A stretch of 32,000 nucleotides of DNA from assembly GCF_000027325.1 (NCBI RefSeq), contig NC_000908.2:240001-272000 (forward strand), written 5' to 3'. Of this stretch, positions 1 through 11,788 are shown in pieces. The translations under genes and the position numbers were made by a program. The notes beneath the pieces are model-generated. The model ran no database searches, was not told where the DNA came from, and saw nothing but the letters and a program-made list of their open reading frames with translations. Position 1 is the first letter of the stretch. Each line of letters begins with the position of its first letter. The DNA is from Mycoplasmoides genitalium G37. Lineage in GTDB: Bacteria > Bacillota_I > Bacilli_A > Mycoplasmatales > Mycoplasmoidaceae.

Positions 1-195
1 AGTTTAGCTAAGAGTGGTTTTGATGTAGCTTCATTGCAGCAAGAACTTGAGAAGATAGGTAACCTTAGTGGGGTTGATGATAACCTCAAGGGTTTTCTCT
101 CAGAACTGTTGAAAACCTCAAGGAATGGGTTTAGTAACCCCAATAAAGATGGCAAAAAAAATGATGACGATAATAACTCGTCATCAAAATCATAG
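1..195 (+). CDS. C-terminal fragment of a hypothetical protein, ending ...NPNKDGKKNDDDDNNSSSKS*
   Basis: Open frame 1 from the window edge to TAG at 193-195; low-complexity acidic/Ser tail. Confidence 0.6.
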   Translation, partial: SLAKSGFDVASLQQELEKIGNLSGVDDNLKGFLSELLKTSRNGFSNPNKDGKKNDDDNNSSSKS

Positions 196-212
196 TTATA
201 TAAAACTTTAAG

Positions 213-286
213 TGGTGCCGAATAACAGAGTCGAACTGTTCTCTGATCCTTACCATGGATCTGTTTTGCCCCTAAACCAATTCGGC
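213..286 (-). tRNA. tRNA-Thr(GGT)
   Basis: Reverse complement GCCGAAT..GTTT/AAAC D-stem, GATCC-ATGGTAA-GGATC anticodon arm, AACAG-TTCGACT-CTGTT T-arm, ATTCGGC-ACCA; CCA is encoded. Confidence 0.93.
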
Positions 287-322
287 AGCAAAGCTAATTT
301 CAATTTTAAATTCAAACTTTAG

Positions 323-2224
323 ATGAAAAGTAACTACAGTGCAACTAACATCAAGATCTTAAAGGGTTTGGATGCAGTTAAAAAGCGTCCGGGGATGTAC
401 ATTGGTTCTACTGATAGTAAGGGTCTGCACCACATGCTATGGGAAATTCTTGCTAACAGTGTTGATGAAGTTTTAGCTGGTTATGCAACCAATATTACTG
501 TTACTTTAGATCTCAACAACACCATTACTGTTAGTGATGATGGCAGGGGTATTCCCTATGAGATCCACCAAGACAGTAACATCTCTACGATCGATACAGT
601 TTTCACCTTTCTCCATGCAGGGGGGAAGTTTGATGATCAGTCATACAAACTAGCAGGGGGATTACATGGGGTTGGTGCATCAGTGGTCAATGCCTTAAGT
701 GATCATTTAGAAGTAACAGTGAAAAGAAATGGTCAGATCTACCAATCAGTTTATCAAGCTGGGGGTAAGATCATCCAAAAAGCCAAAAAGATTGGTGATA
801 CAACTAGCCATGGTACCACTGTTAGTTTCCATGCTGACCCTAAGGTCTTTAAAAAGGCTCAATTTGATAGCAACATTATTAAAAGCAGGTTAAAAGAGCT
901 AAGCTTTCTGTTTGCTAAACTAAAGCTCACTTTTACTGATCAAAAAACTAATAAAACCACTGTTTTTTTTAGTACCTCAGGACTAGTTCAGTTCCTTGAT
1001 GAAATTAATAATACTGTAGAAACACTTGGCCAAAAAACACTGATTAAAGGTGAGAAGGATGGGATTGAAGTGGAAGTGGTTTTCCAGTTTAACCAATCAG
1101 ATCAAGAGACAATCTTATCATTTGCTAACTCGATTAAAACCTTTGAAGGAGGGAGTCATGAAAATGGGTTTTGTCTTGCCATTAGTGATGTGATCAACAG
1201 CTATTGCAGAAAGTACAACTTACTAAAAGAAAAAGATAAAAACTTTCAACTTAGTGAGATCAGACAAGGGTTGAATGCTATTATCAAAGTTAACTTACCT
1301 GAAAAAAACATCGCTTTTGAAGGACAAACTAAGAGTAAGTTGTTTTCAAAGGAAGTGAAAAACGTTGTTTATGAATTGGTCCAACAACACTATTTCCAGT
1401 TTCTGGAAAGAAACAACAATGATGCTAAATTGATCATTGATAAACTACTCAATGCTAGAAAGATTAAAGAGCAAATCAAACAACAACGTGAGTTGAAAAA
1501 AAGTTTATCAAGTCCCCAAAAAGAGAAGATCTTATTTGGGAAGTTAGCACCTTGTCAAACCAAAAAAACCAGTGAAAAAGAGTTGTTTATTGTTGAAGGT
1601 GATAGTGCTGGTGGCACTGCTAAAATGGGCCGTGATAGAATTTTTCAAGCTATCTTACCTTTGCGCGGCAAGGTGTTAAATGTTGAAAAAATTAACAATA
1701 AGAAGGAAGCGATCACTAACGAAGAGATCCTCACTTTAATCTTTTGTATTGGTACAGGGATTTTAACTAACTTCAACATCAAGGACTTAAAGTACGGAAA
1801 GATCATCATTATGACTGATGCAGATAATGATGGCGCACACATCCAAATCCTCTTACTTACCTTCTTTTATAGGTACATGCAACCCTTAATTGAACTGGGC
1901 CATGTCTATCTAGCTCTTCCTCCTTTATATAAACTGGAAACCAAAGATAGAAAAACAGTTAAATACCTCTGGAGTGATTTGGAGTTGGAATCAGTCAAAC
2001 TAAAGCTTAATAACTTCACTTTACAACGATACAAAGGACTTGGAGAGATGAATGCTGATCAGTTGTGAGATACTACTATGAATCCAACTACCAGAAAGCT
2101 AGTGCAAGTAAAGCTTGATGATCTAATTAACGCTGAAAAGCAAATCAACATCTTTATGGGTGAAAAGAGTGATTTGCGCAAACACTGGATTGAAGCCAAC
2201 ATTAACTTTAGTGTGGAAAACTAA
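323..2224 (+). CDS. parE: DNA topoisomerase IV subunit B
   Basis: 633 aa with one TGA(Trp) at 2066-2068; GyrB/ParE motifs [50 protein letters not shown]; stop TAA 2222-2224. Confidence 0.97.
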
Positions 2225-4569
2225 TGGATCAAAAAAACAACAACCTCTTTCAAAAGGCAATTGAAGAAGTCTTTGCAGTTAGCTTTAGTAAGTATGCTAA
2301 ATACATCATCCAAGATAGAGCTTTACCTGATCTAAGAGATGGGTTAAAACCAGTACAAAGACGGATCTTATATGGGATGTTTCAAATGGGCTTAAAACCC
2401 ACCACTCCCTATAAAAAATCAGCCCGTGCTGTTGGGGAGATCATGGGGAAATACCACCCCCATGGTGATAGTTCCATTTATGATGCAATTATCAGAATGT
2501 CCCAAAGCTGAAAGAACAACTGAACAACTGTTTCTATCCATGGTAACAATGGTTCAGTGGATGGGGATAATGCTGCAGCAATGCGTTACACAGAAACCCG
2601 CTTAAGCTTGTATGGATTTGAACTATTAAAAGACATTGATAAAAAGTTAGTTAGTTTTATCAATAACTTTGATGATAGTGAAAAAGAACCAACGGTTTTA
2701 CCAACCTTACTGCCTAACCTCTTTATCAATGGTGCGAGTGGGATAGCTGCTGGATATGCAACTAATATTGCTCCCCATAACACTAATGAACTATTAGATA
2801 GTCTTTGCTTGCGAATAGACCAACCTAATTGTGAACTTAAACAAATTTTAAAAATTGTTAAAGGTCCTGATTTTCCAACAGGGGGTAATGTTTATTTTGA
2901 AAAGAGTTTAAGTGATATTTATCAAGCAGGCAAAGGTAAATTTATTATCCAAGCTAAGTATGAAGTTAACAAGAACTTAAACCAGATTGAAATTACCCAA
3001 ATCCCTTATGAAACACTGAAAGCTAACATTGTCAAACAAATTGAAGAGATTATCTTTGACAATAAACTATCTGCTATTGAAAGTGTCATTGATAGTTCAG
3101 ATCGCAACGGCATTAGGATCATTATTAAACACAAGGACTTTTTGCCTGCTGAGAAGATCATGGCCTTTTTGTTTAAACACACCCAACTCCAAGTGAACTT
3201 TAACCTTAATAACACCGTGATTGCTAACCGCTTTCCCATCCAAATTGGTTTACTAAGTTACCTCGATCATTTTTTAAAGTTTTGTCATGAACTAATTATT
3301 AATAAAGCTAAGTATGAACTTGAGCTTGCAAGCAAGCGCTTGGAAATTATTTTAGGACTAATTAAAGCGATTAGTATCATTGATAAAATCATCAAATTAA
3401 TTAGATCAGCAGTTGACAAAAGTGATGCAAGAGAAAAGTTAATTGATAACTTTAAATTTACTTTTAACCAAGCAGAGGCAATTGTTAGTTTGCGACTTTA
3501 CCAACTAACTAACACTGATATTTTTGAACTTAACCAAGAACAAAATGAACTTGAAAAAACTGTGATTAGTTCAGAGCAACTAATTGCTAGTGAAAAAGCA
3601 AGAAACAAACTCCTAAAAAAACAGTTTGAAGGTTATAAAAAGCAGTTTCACCAGCAACGAAGGTCACAAATATGTGGCTTTATTAACCAAAAAAAGGTGG
3701 AGGAAAGTGAGCTAATTGAAAACAAAACTTATGGGGTTTTAATCACTAAAGCTGGTAACTACCATAAGTTTGAATCTAACCAACTATTAAAAAGCACCAC
3801 TGATTTTAAAAGTGAGAGTGACACAATTATCTTTGCACAAACTATTGCTAATACCGACCAAATTTTTATTGTCACTTCACTAGGTAACATTATTAATATC
3901 CCTGTTTATAAATTAGCTTTCAATTCCAAAAATAAACTAGCAAGTTTAGTTAGTAAAAAACCAATCCTTTTGGAGTATGAAACGATTGTTTTTGTTGGAA
4001 CAATGAACAGTGTAAACCAACCAATCCTTGTTTTAACTTCCAAACTAGGAATGGTTAAACGGATTGATTTAACCAAACTTAACATTAAGCCACTTAAAGC
4101 TACTTTGTGTATCTCACTCCGTGATAAAGACCATTTAGTAAGTGCATTTTTACAACAAGATGATAAACTGATCTGTTTAGTGTCTGATCACAACTATTAC
4201 ACTGTTTTTCACACCAATGAGATCCCATTAATTAGTAGTAAGGGGATGGGAGTGAAGGGGATGAAGTTAAAACTAGAGGATCAAATTAAGTTTGTTGTTG
4301 CTTTTGAAGCTAATGAACCGTTAGTGATGATATGTAGTGATGGTAGTGTCATTAACTTAAAACAAACTGAACTAGTTGTAGTTAGCAGGATGGCAACTGC
4401 AAAAAAACTGCCTGTTAAGAAAGCAATTAACTATTGTTTTAGTGATGCAACTAACACCCAGTTAATTAATTTTCAGGGTAAGAACGGTAGTAAATTAATT
4501 ACAACTAGTGAACTGAACCAGATGAGTAAAACTGCAATTAGTCAAACCAGGTTTAACAAACTTAATTAG
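2224..4569 (+). CDS. parC: DNA topoisomerase IV subunit A
   Basis: 781 aa across TGA codons; [35 protein letters not shown]; ATG overlaps the parE TAA by 1 nt. Confidence 0.97.
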
Positions 4570-5597
4570 GTTTGGTTGTGGATCTTTTTATCATATTTTT
4601 CTATCTCTTCTTTTAGAGTAGTTAATAAGGCTTTAATCTTTTGGTAGTCCATTCTGGTTGGTCCTACTATAGCAAGTTGGTGCTTGGCTTCACTGGTGGT
4701 ATTGATTAAAGTAGAAGCAACTGATATCTCTTTAAAACCCAATTGATCACCAAAGACAATGTTGGTCTTTTGGTTGGTTTGGTTTATGAATGCCATCTGT
4801 TGTCAAACACTAGTATCTTCAAGCAGATTTAAGATTTTAGTGAGTTTCTCTTGGTTAGCAAACTCGGGTTGTTTAGCAAGGTATTGGATCCCATAGATCT
4901 TTTTATTTGCCTCAATTTGATCTAAATCAAATAACTTAAATAAGATCTCATCAATTACATACTGATACTCATGAACCTTGGTTCTAATGATCTCTTTTAA
5001 AACTTCTAGTTGGTTGTTAATCTCTGAAAAGCGGGTATCAATGATGCGATCATTAAAGATCCTTACACAAATAACAATGTCTTCAAACTGCCTTTGGTTA
5101 GCATAGCTAATGGTTTTTTTAAAGACTTTACCACTAGCGGAGACCAATAAAAATAAGGCAAATGACTTATCAAGGATGATCAGATCAATCTTTTTTAAAA
5201 CTTCATCACTACTAAAGTTAGTTAACACTACTGGTAGGTTAATGATCTCATTGATAAACTTAACCCCAAGTTCAATCACCTCATCAATCGTTTTGTGTTG
5301 CTGGAGAATAACACTTCTTAAGCGGGTTTTCAGATCGTTAGTGGTGTTACTAACATTTAACACTTTGACATAATACTGATAACCAATTTGGGAAGGAACA
5401 CGGCCTGAAGAGATGTGGTTTTTCTTTAAGAACCCTTTTTTCTCTAAAGCTGCCATCTCATTTCGTAATGTTCCCCCAGAGAGGTTTTTAAAATATTTTT
5501 TGGTTAGTAATTTACTGCCAACAGGGATAGCATAAGCAATGTATTCATTGATAATTGCTTTGAGAATTTGGGCTTGCCGTGGCGTTAAATTCTTCAT
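4566..5597 (-). CDS. hrcA: Heat-inducible transcription repressor HrcA
   Basis: Joins two minus-strand ORFs (4803-5597 and 4566-4796) through a TGA(Trp); N-terminal winged helix [43 protein letters not shown]. Confidence 0.93.
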
Positions 5598-5632
5598 TAG
5601 TTATCTAATTTTATCTTTTAACAATAACCAGC

Positions 5633-7426
5633 TTGACCACTAATCTAAAACAAAAGTTAAAAACTGCACCTAAAAAACCGGGGTGTTATTTGTGAAAAGA
5701 TAGTAACGGTAAAGTTTTATATGTTGGTAAAGCTAGTAATATTTTCAACAGGGTCCACCAGTATTTTCAAAAGAATAATCCTTATAAAACCCAGCTATTA
5801 TCAAGCCAAATTAGTGATGTTGATTTTTTCATTCTCAAAGATGAAAATGATGCTTTAAATCTGGAAGCAAAGCTCATTAATCAATATCAACCCCGCTTTA
5901 ACTTAGTTTTAAAACAAAACAATGGTTATCTTTATTTTTATATCACTAAAGCCAAAAAACCTACCTTGGAATTAGCCAGAAAATACCAGATTAAAACCAC
6001 TAAGTGCTTTGGACCGTTTGCTTCAAGTAAGTTTAAGTTACGTGAGATCCATGACCTACTTTTAAAACTCTTTCCTTTAAGAAAGTGTGCACCTCACCAA
6101 AAAAACCACCCGTGCTTTTATTTTCAGATGGGTTTATGTATGGGGCAATGTATGCAAACTGATACTAAGGAAAAATACCAACAGGTAATTAGTAACATTG
6201 AACAGTTTTTTAATGACCCTAGTGTGGTAATTAACTATTTAAAAGCTGCAGAAAAAAAGGCAAGTGATAATCAGGAATTTGAAAAGGCCCAGCAGTTTCT
6301 AACACTGCAAAAAGCAGTTTTAGAGTTAACAAAAACCCACCATACCACTATCATTAAACAAAAATCAAGCCATGATTTTATTGGGTATGTCTTTCAAAAT
6401 AACGTTTTGGCCATTACCATTTTTTGTTATGAAAAAGGGGAGTTAACTGATAAAGAACAAGCAGTGTTTACCCTAGAGCAAACTGACATTGTGGAAGTTG
6501 AAAGTGCTATTATCACCTTTATCTACCACCACTATAAAACTACCCCACTTCCAAGTAAGATTACTGTTTCACTTGATGAAACTAACCTAAAACTTATTAG
6601 TGATAGCTTAAAAATTGGTGTTTTTAAGCCCAAGAATGGTAATGAAAAACTGATCTTACAAACTGTTATTGATAATGCCAAACATGCACTTGCAACCAAG
6701 TGGTTGAAGTTTACTAGTAACTATGATAAAACCCAGCTCCACAAGGATTTAGCACAACTTCTAAATACTGATTATATCCATAGTCTTGAGATTATTGATG
6801 TGTCATTCTATGATCAAAACCATGTTGTTGGTTGCATGTTAAGGTTTGAAGATGGTAAAAAGATCAAACACTTATCAAGAAGATACAACATTAACAGTTT
6901 AAAAAAAGGTGATACTAACCACATTGCTTTACTTGTTTACAGAAGGATCTTAAGTGCGATGCAAACCAAAGCTAACCTCCCTTTTAGTGATCTTTTAATT
7001 ATTGATGGTGGTAAAGCACAAATTAAAAGTGTTAAGCAAGTTTTTAGTCTCTTCAGTAATGTTAAACCACCCATTATCATTGGACTAGTTAAAAACAAAA
7101 ACCACCAAACTGATCACATTATGTTATCTGATTTCCAAGTTAAAAAGATAGCAATTAACTCCCCACTCTTTCACTATTTAGCAACAATCCAAACTGAAGT
7201 TGATGGTTTTGCTAAAAGAAGTGCTTTTAATAAGTTAAGTAACCACCAACTGCAAAACCCGTTGCTACAAATCCCAGGAGTTGGCAAGATAACTGCCCAA
7301 ATTCTCTTTGATAACTTTCAAACGCTCAATAACATAAAATTAGCTTCAGTTAATGAGTTAAGCCAGTTTATTAAAAAACCATTAGCACAAAAGATTAAAA
7401 CTTACTTTGCAAAACAAACTGATTAA
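5633..7426 (+). CDS. uvrC: Excinuclease ABC subunit C
   Basis: GIY-YIG-like N-terminus PGCYLWKDSNGKVLYVGKA lies upstream of the called ORF, across a TGA; C-terminal ...LLIIDGGKAQI...LLQIPGVGKITAQ (HhH). TTG start at 5633 is a best guess. Confidence 0.93.
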
Positions 7427-7910
7427 GGTTTTGGTAATTGCTGATACCCATGGTCAAAACCAGAGGTGGATTGAACTGAAAAACTACCATAACCCTGATG
7501 TGATTATCCATGCAGGAGATCACATGACCACTAAACAATTCATGGATCAAAATGCTACTTTTTGAGTGGCAGGTAACAACGATTCAATTGGCAATGAAAT
7601 TGAAATTTTCCAGTTAGGGCAAATTAACTTTGTGTTAATGCATGGTCACCAAGCACCAAGAGATAACCTGAAAAAGTGGTACCAATTATTAGTTTTAAAA
7701 GCACAACAATACCCTTGTGATGTTTTAATCTTTGGTCATAGTCACATTGAATATACCAACAAAATTAATATGATCCAGTTAATCAACCCTGGTTCTCTAC
7801 AACTACCAAGAAACCAAACCAACACCCCTTCATACTGTACCTTTATTGTCAATAAAGACGAGCTAACTGATCTAACTATCCACTATTACCAAGCTTCAAA
7901 AGTTAGTTAA
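7422..7910 (+). CDS. YfcE/MJ0936-type metallophosphoesterase
   Basis: KVLVIADTHGQNQRW...IIHAGDHMT...WVAGNND...LMHGHQ...IFGHSHIEY...INPGS metal-site motifs; TGA(Trp) before AGNND. Start is ambiguous (ATT 7422 or TTG 7407). Confidence 0.87.
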
Positions 7911-8493
7911 CAGGATCTTTTAGATAGATAGGTTGTAAGGTTAGAGGATCTTCGATTCTTTCAAAGTGATCGATGTTGCTTAATAACAGCTTGCTATAAC
8001 TCTCAATGTTTTCAAAGTTTTCATACATAGGAAGTTCATTGTTTGCCTTACATAACTTCACAAAATCAGCTTTACTAATTAGCTTTATTTCACTAGTAGT
8101 TTGGCTGTATAGTCCACAATAGTTCTGATCATTACCACAACTAATCTTGCTAATCCCATGTTCATATGGGATTTGAAAGCGGAGTGAATTTAAAGCATAA
8201 AGTTCACAACTGGGATACAATAAACACCAGCTTTTAGCAATGATAGTTGCTATCCTCTGACCGGTGAAACTACCAGGGCCAATTGTGACATAAAACTGTT
8301 TAATACTGCTTTTTTTCAACTTGTTTTTTGTTAACATTGTCTCCAGATAATAAACAGCAAGTTCAGTTAAGTTCTGTTCAACACCAATGGACAACTCATC
8401 AACCACTGCATTGGTTTTCATCTCTAAAATAATGATGTTAAGGGTTTTATAAGCACAGTCTAAAAACAGCTTATACTTACTTAAAAAGAACAT
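7903..8493 (-). CDS. tsaB: TsaB-like tRNA threonylcarbamoyladenosine biosynthesis protein (YeaZ/glycoprotease family)
   Basis: 196 aa; LFLDCAYKTLN..., VTIGPGSFTGQRIATIIAKSWCL...LYALNSL motif typical of YeaZ. Confidence 0.82.
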   Translation of the reverse strand: MFFLSKYKLFLDCAYKTLNIIILEMKTNAVVDELSIGVEQNLTELAVYYLETMLTKNKLKKSSIKQFYVTIGPGSFTGQRIATIIAKSWCLLYPSCELYALNSLRFQIPYEHGISKISCGNDQNYCGLYSQTTSEIKLISKADFVKLCKANNELPMYENFENIESYSKLLLSNIDHFERIEDPLTLQPIYLKDPVN

Positions 8494-9403
8494 GGAGTGG
8501 ATCGGTTAAAGATAAGTTTAAACTCTTAAGTTTCGTTGAAAACTTAGGTTCAAGTGGGGCGTGAAAGTCCATAGGTTTGTTTAAAGTGGGATGGATAAAA
8601 CAGATCCTGTTTGCATGGAGAAACTGACCATAGCTATCTTTCTTTTCACTTTTAATTCCATACAGTGGATCATTATAAACTGGATGTTGGATAAATTTCA
8701 GATGCACTCTAATTTGGTGGGTTCTACCTGTTAACAATTCCAAGCTAATTAGTGCTGCTTTTTCATTCTGATTAATCACTTTAAACTTAGTTATTGCTTG
8801 CTTTGCTTTAGCAGTTTGGGCTATTTTAAACATTACCTTGTTGTTATTAACCCTTGCTAAAGGTGCATTAATTGAACCAGTTAAGGCATTAAAAGGGAAG
8901 TGGACTAGTGCTACATAATAACGTTTTAAGGTGCGATTTTGCAGTTGATTTTGCAAATTTAATAAGCTTGCTTGGTTTTTACAGACAACAATTGCCCCAC
9001 TAGTATCACGGTCCAATCTGTGCACTAAGTAAACAGGGTTTTTGTTGTTGTGAAAGATACAAGCAGCTAACAAGCTGGCTTTTTCATTGAAAGTGGTGGG
9101 ATGGGTTAACAAACCTGATGGTTTGTTAATAACCATCAAATCCTTGTCTTCAAAAAGAACCTCAAGCTTTAAGTTATAAGGTTCAACACTAGTAATGAAA
9201 TCACTAGTTGTCTCATCATGAATCTCAACTTTAATTACATCATCTTTTGCAACTATTAAACTGTTTTTAAAAGTTAGTTTTTCATTAACTTTAATCTGTC
9301 CATTCATGATCAGCTTCACTACCTTTACTCTTGAAAGGTTCAGTAAGCTAGCTAAAAGACTATCTAAGCGTTTGGTAGTTGTAACAACAAAACACTGTTT
9401 CAT
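8477..9403 (-). CDS. RluA/RluD-family large-subunit pseudouridine synthase
   Basis: 308 aa; S4-like N-terminus, MVINKPSGLLTHP, VHRLDRDTSGAIVV, ELLTGRTHQIRVHLKFIQHPV. Confidence 0.93.
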   Translation of the reverse strand: MKQCFVVTTTKRLDSLLASLLNLSRVKVVKLIMNGQIKVNEKLTFKNSLIVAKDDVIKVEIHDETTSDFITSVEPYNLKLEVLFEDKDLMVINKPSGLLTHPTTFNEKASLLAACIFHNNKNPVYLVHRLDRDTSGAIVVCKNQASLLNLQNQLQNRTLKRYYVALVHFPFNALTGSINAPLARVNNNKVMFKIAQTAKAKQAITKFKVINQNEKAALISLELLTGRTHQIRVHLKFIQHPVYNDPLYGIKSEKKDSYGQFLHANRICFIHPTLNKPMDFHAPLEPKFSTKLKSLNLSLTDPLHVLFK

Positions 9404-9948
9404 TACTGGTTTTTGGAATGTTTAAACTCTTTGAACATCTGGATTAAAAAACAAAAGAATAAACCTATAAAACCAAAGGTAATACAACAATCAGCAAAGT
9501 TAAATACTGAACTACCATTCTGAAAGATAAAGTAATCTAACACTGAATCATTAGCTGAAGTTAAACGATCAAAGAAGTTTCCAAGTGAACCAAATGCTAA
9601 AGTTGTAATTCAAAAGATGTAACTATATTTCACCATAAAAACAAGAAAAACTAACGCAATTACTGATAATAATCCCTGGAGAAAGTAAACTAAGCCAGTT
9701 TGGTTTTGTAATAAGCTAAACCCTACCCCTTTGTTTCTAATCACATAGATATTAATAAAACCACTATTTGCTACCATGGTGTTATCCATCTCACCATTTA
9801 ACGCATTTCTTAATATGAAAACTTGCAGTAAGATAATAAAGCCAACAAACCCAATCATTGTCAGTTTATAGAATAAAAATGGTTTTTGGTTTGCAGTTAA
9901 AACCTGGTGTTTAAGTTGTGAAAAAAACTTGGTTTTTCTTAATTTCAT
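9403..9948 (-). CDS. lspA: Lipoprotein signal peptidase (signal peptidase II)
   Basis: 181 aa, minus frame through TGA 9610-9612; NKGVGFSLLQNQTG...LAFGSLGNFFDRLTSANDSVLDYF...FNFADCCITFG (catalytic Asp motifs); TAATG overlap with the downstream gene. Confidence 0.93.
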
Positions 9949-10148
9949 CTACTTGTATATTCAGTTAAAATTCACTAATTAACTAACAAAAATTATTAAG
10001 GAGTATTAACACTTTTTTACTAGTTTTTAAACTAACTTTTTTAAGTGTAATCCTAGTTTAATTTCTGGTAGTTTTCTTTACTAATAGCTACTTGTAAAAA
10101 ATTAAAAGTTAGAATTAATGGCACTATTTAGTATATAGATATCAGGCT

Positions 10149-10808
10149 TTGGGGAAAACAAAAAACAAATCAGACTGACAGATCTTTCTAGAAGATTACC
10201 GTTTTTATTTTGAAACAGATTTTGATTGGGTTACATACCTGAACAACTGTTTAAACAGCTATCCTGATTTTGACATCATCAAGTTCATTAAGAAGTATGG
10301 CCCTGAGTGTGAAAAGAGCTTTCTAAGCTGACAGAGCAAAGCTAAGAGTGATGTTTACAGTGAACTGACTAACAAGATTAAAAAACAACAGTTCTCAGAA
10401 CAGTTAATTTACCAGCTAGTCCAACTTGATGCTTTACGAACTAACTATTTAATTGGTTCGTTGTTTTCAGATAACAAAACCCAGCGCAAACTCCTGAAGC
10501 GTTCTTGAAAAAATGCTAAGAAAGAAGGTTATACAAAACAAGAATGGTTGATGATCTTAGTTGGTTTACCCTTTGAAAAAGGTGCTTATCATAAGCAGTT
10601 ATATGACCATTCACGTCAGGAGATCTTAGATCTTACTGAAGTTATTAAAAAGCTTTATCTAAAAACAGAGACCAACAACGATAAGCTTGAGTTTGCTGCA
10701 ACTACTAGTAAAACAACAGCGCAGCTAACTAAAACTATGCCCTTAAACAGTAGTGATCTTGATAAGGATCTAATGGAGTTTAGTGGTGAGAAGTGAGGTG
10801 ATAATTAG
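10149..10808 (+). CDS. Hypothetical protein, conserved position upstream of rpsU
   Basis: Continuous frame containing several TGA(Trp) codons (..KTKNKSDWQIFLEDYRFYFETDFDWVTYLNN...); stop TAG 10806-10808. No clean ATG start; TTG 10149 is a candidate. Confidence 0.65.
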
Positions 10809-10996
10809 TGCCTAAGATTGAAGTTAAAAATGATGATTTAGAGCTAGCTTTAAAAAAGTTTAAAAGGATATCACTGGAAGTACGCAGGTTAGCACAACGC
10901 CATGAATACCACTTGCGCAAAGGGATGCGGTTAAGAGAAAAACAAAAGATAGCACAGAAAAAGCGCAGGAAGTTTCGCAGTTTAGCTAGCCATTAA
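10808..10996 (+). CDS. rpsU: 30S ribosomal protein S21
   Basis: 62 aa, MPKIEVKNDDLELALKKFKR...EYHLRKGMRLREKQKIAQKKRRK; GTG start overlapping the upstream TAG. Confidence 0.9.
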   Translation: MPKIEVKNDDLELALKKFKRISLEVRRLAQRHEYHLRKGMRLREKQKIAQKKRRKFRSLASH

Positions 10997-10997
10997 G

Positions 10998-11441
10998 ATG
11001 GATAATAAAAACCCCCAGAAACTTATTACTAGTGAATTGTTGGCAAACCACCGCTTTAATTTTGCTAAAGATGATAAAGGTGGGTATGATGCTAATGAAG
11101 TTGATGCATTCTTAGATCAACTAACCAAGACTTTAATCCACTATGAGGAGATGAAAAACAACGAACAAGAATTGAAAAATGCTTATGACAAGTTGTTTTC
11201 AGATCGTGATCAGATTTTAAGTCGTTGTGCTAAATTAGAAGCTGATTTAAACACCTTTTATGAAAATGGTTATGCAAACAAGGTGTTAATTAACCGGGTT
11301 CAGGAGTTGGAGGATAAACTTGAAAAACTACCTGATCGTTACACTGAAAAACTAGAAAGGATTGAAAAACTGTTAAAAAAGGTCATTAAACACTGAACTG
11401 ATGGGGAGGACATTAGTAACTTTGAAGATGAGTTTTTTTAA
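10998..11441 (+). CDS. DivIVA/GpsB-like coiled-coil protein
   Basis: 147 aa through one TGA; RFNFAKDDKGGYDANEVDAFLDQLTKTL matches the DivIVA N-terminal signature, followed by coiled coil. Confidence 0.78.
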
Positions 11442-11443
11442 AG

Positions 11444-11788
11444 ATGGTTGTTGGGATAGGGATTGATGTTGTGCAATTAAAGCGCTTCTTAACTTTAGTT
11501 GAAACTAGTGATTGTTTTGCTAAACGATTGTTAACTAGCAATGAACTAAACAGTTATTGAAAGCTAAACAATAACCAAAGAGCTAATTTTCTAGCAGTGC
11601 ATTGAACTTTAAAAGAAGCGATTTATAAAGCTACCAGTCACATCAAACCACTTTTCACTAAACTTGAAATTTATAAACTTAACAACCAGTACCGGTGTGA
11701 ATTTATCCAAAACATCAACCTGTTGTTATCAGTTAGTTACACTAATTGCCATGTTAGTGCTATCTGTTTAGCACAACAAAATGGATAA
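11444..11788 (+). CDS. acpS: Holo-[acyl-carrier-protein] synthase
   Basis: Absent from the supplied ORF track because of TGA codons; translates as MVVGIGIDVVQLKRF...FLAVHWTLKEAIYKA...; 114 aa. Confidence 0.87.

Noticed and set aside
1645-1842. Minus-strand 65-aa ORF inside parE (also 2586-2783, 3006-3239, 5110-5373 and similar)
   Set aside because: Fully antisense to strongly supported genes, no family resemblance, no SD noted; best explained as shadow ORFs.
2066-2223. Apparent gap or pseudogene between parE and parC ORFs, and breaks in parC, scpA, pyk, hmw2 and permease
   Set aside because: Each break is an in-phase TGA at a plausible Trp position; with table 4 the frames are continuous, so these are not pseudogenes.
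5598-5640. CIRCE operator for hrcA in the hrcA/uvrC divergent region
   Set aside because: No TTAGCACTC-N9-GAGTGCTAA-like inverted repeat is visible there.
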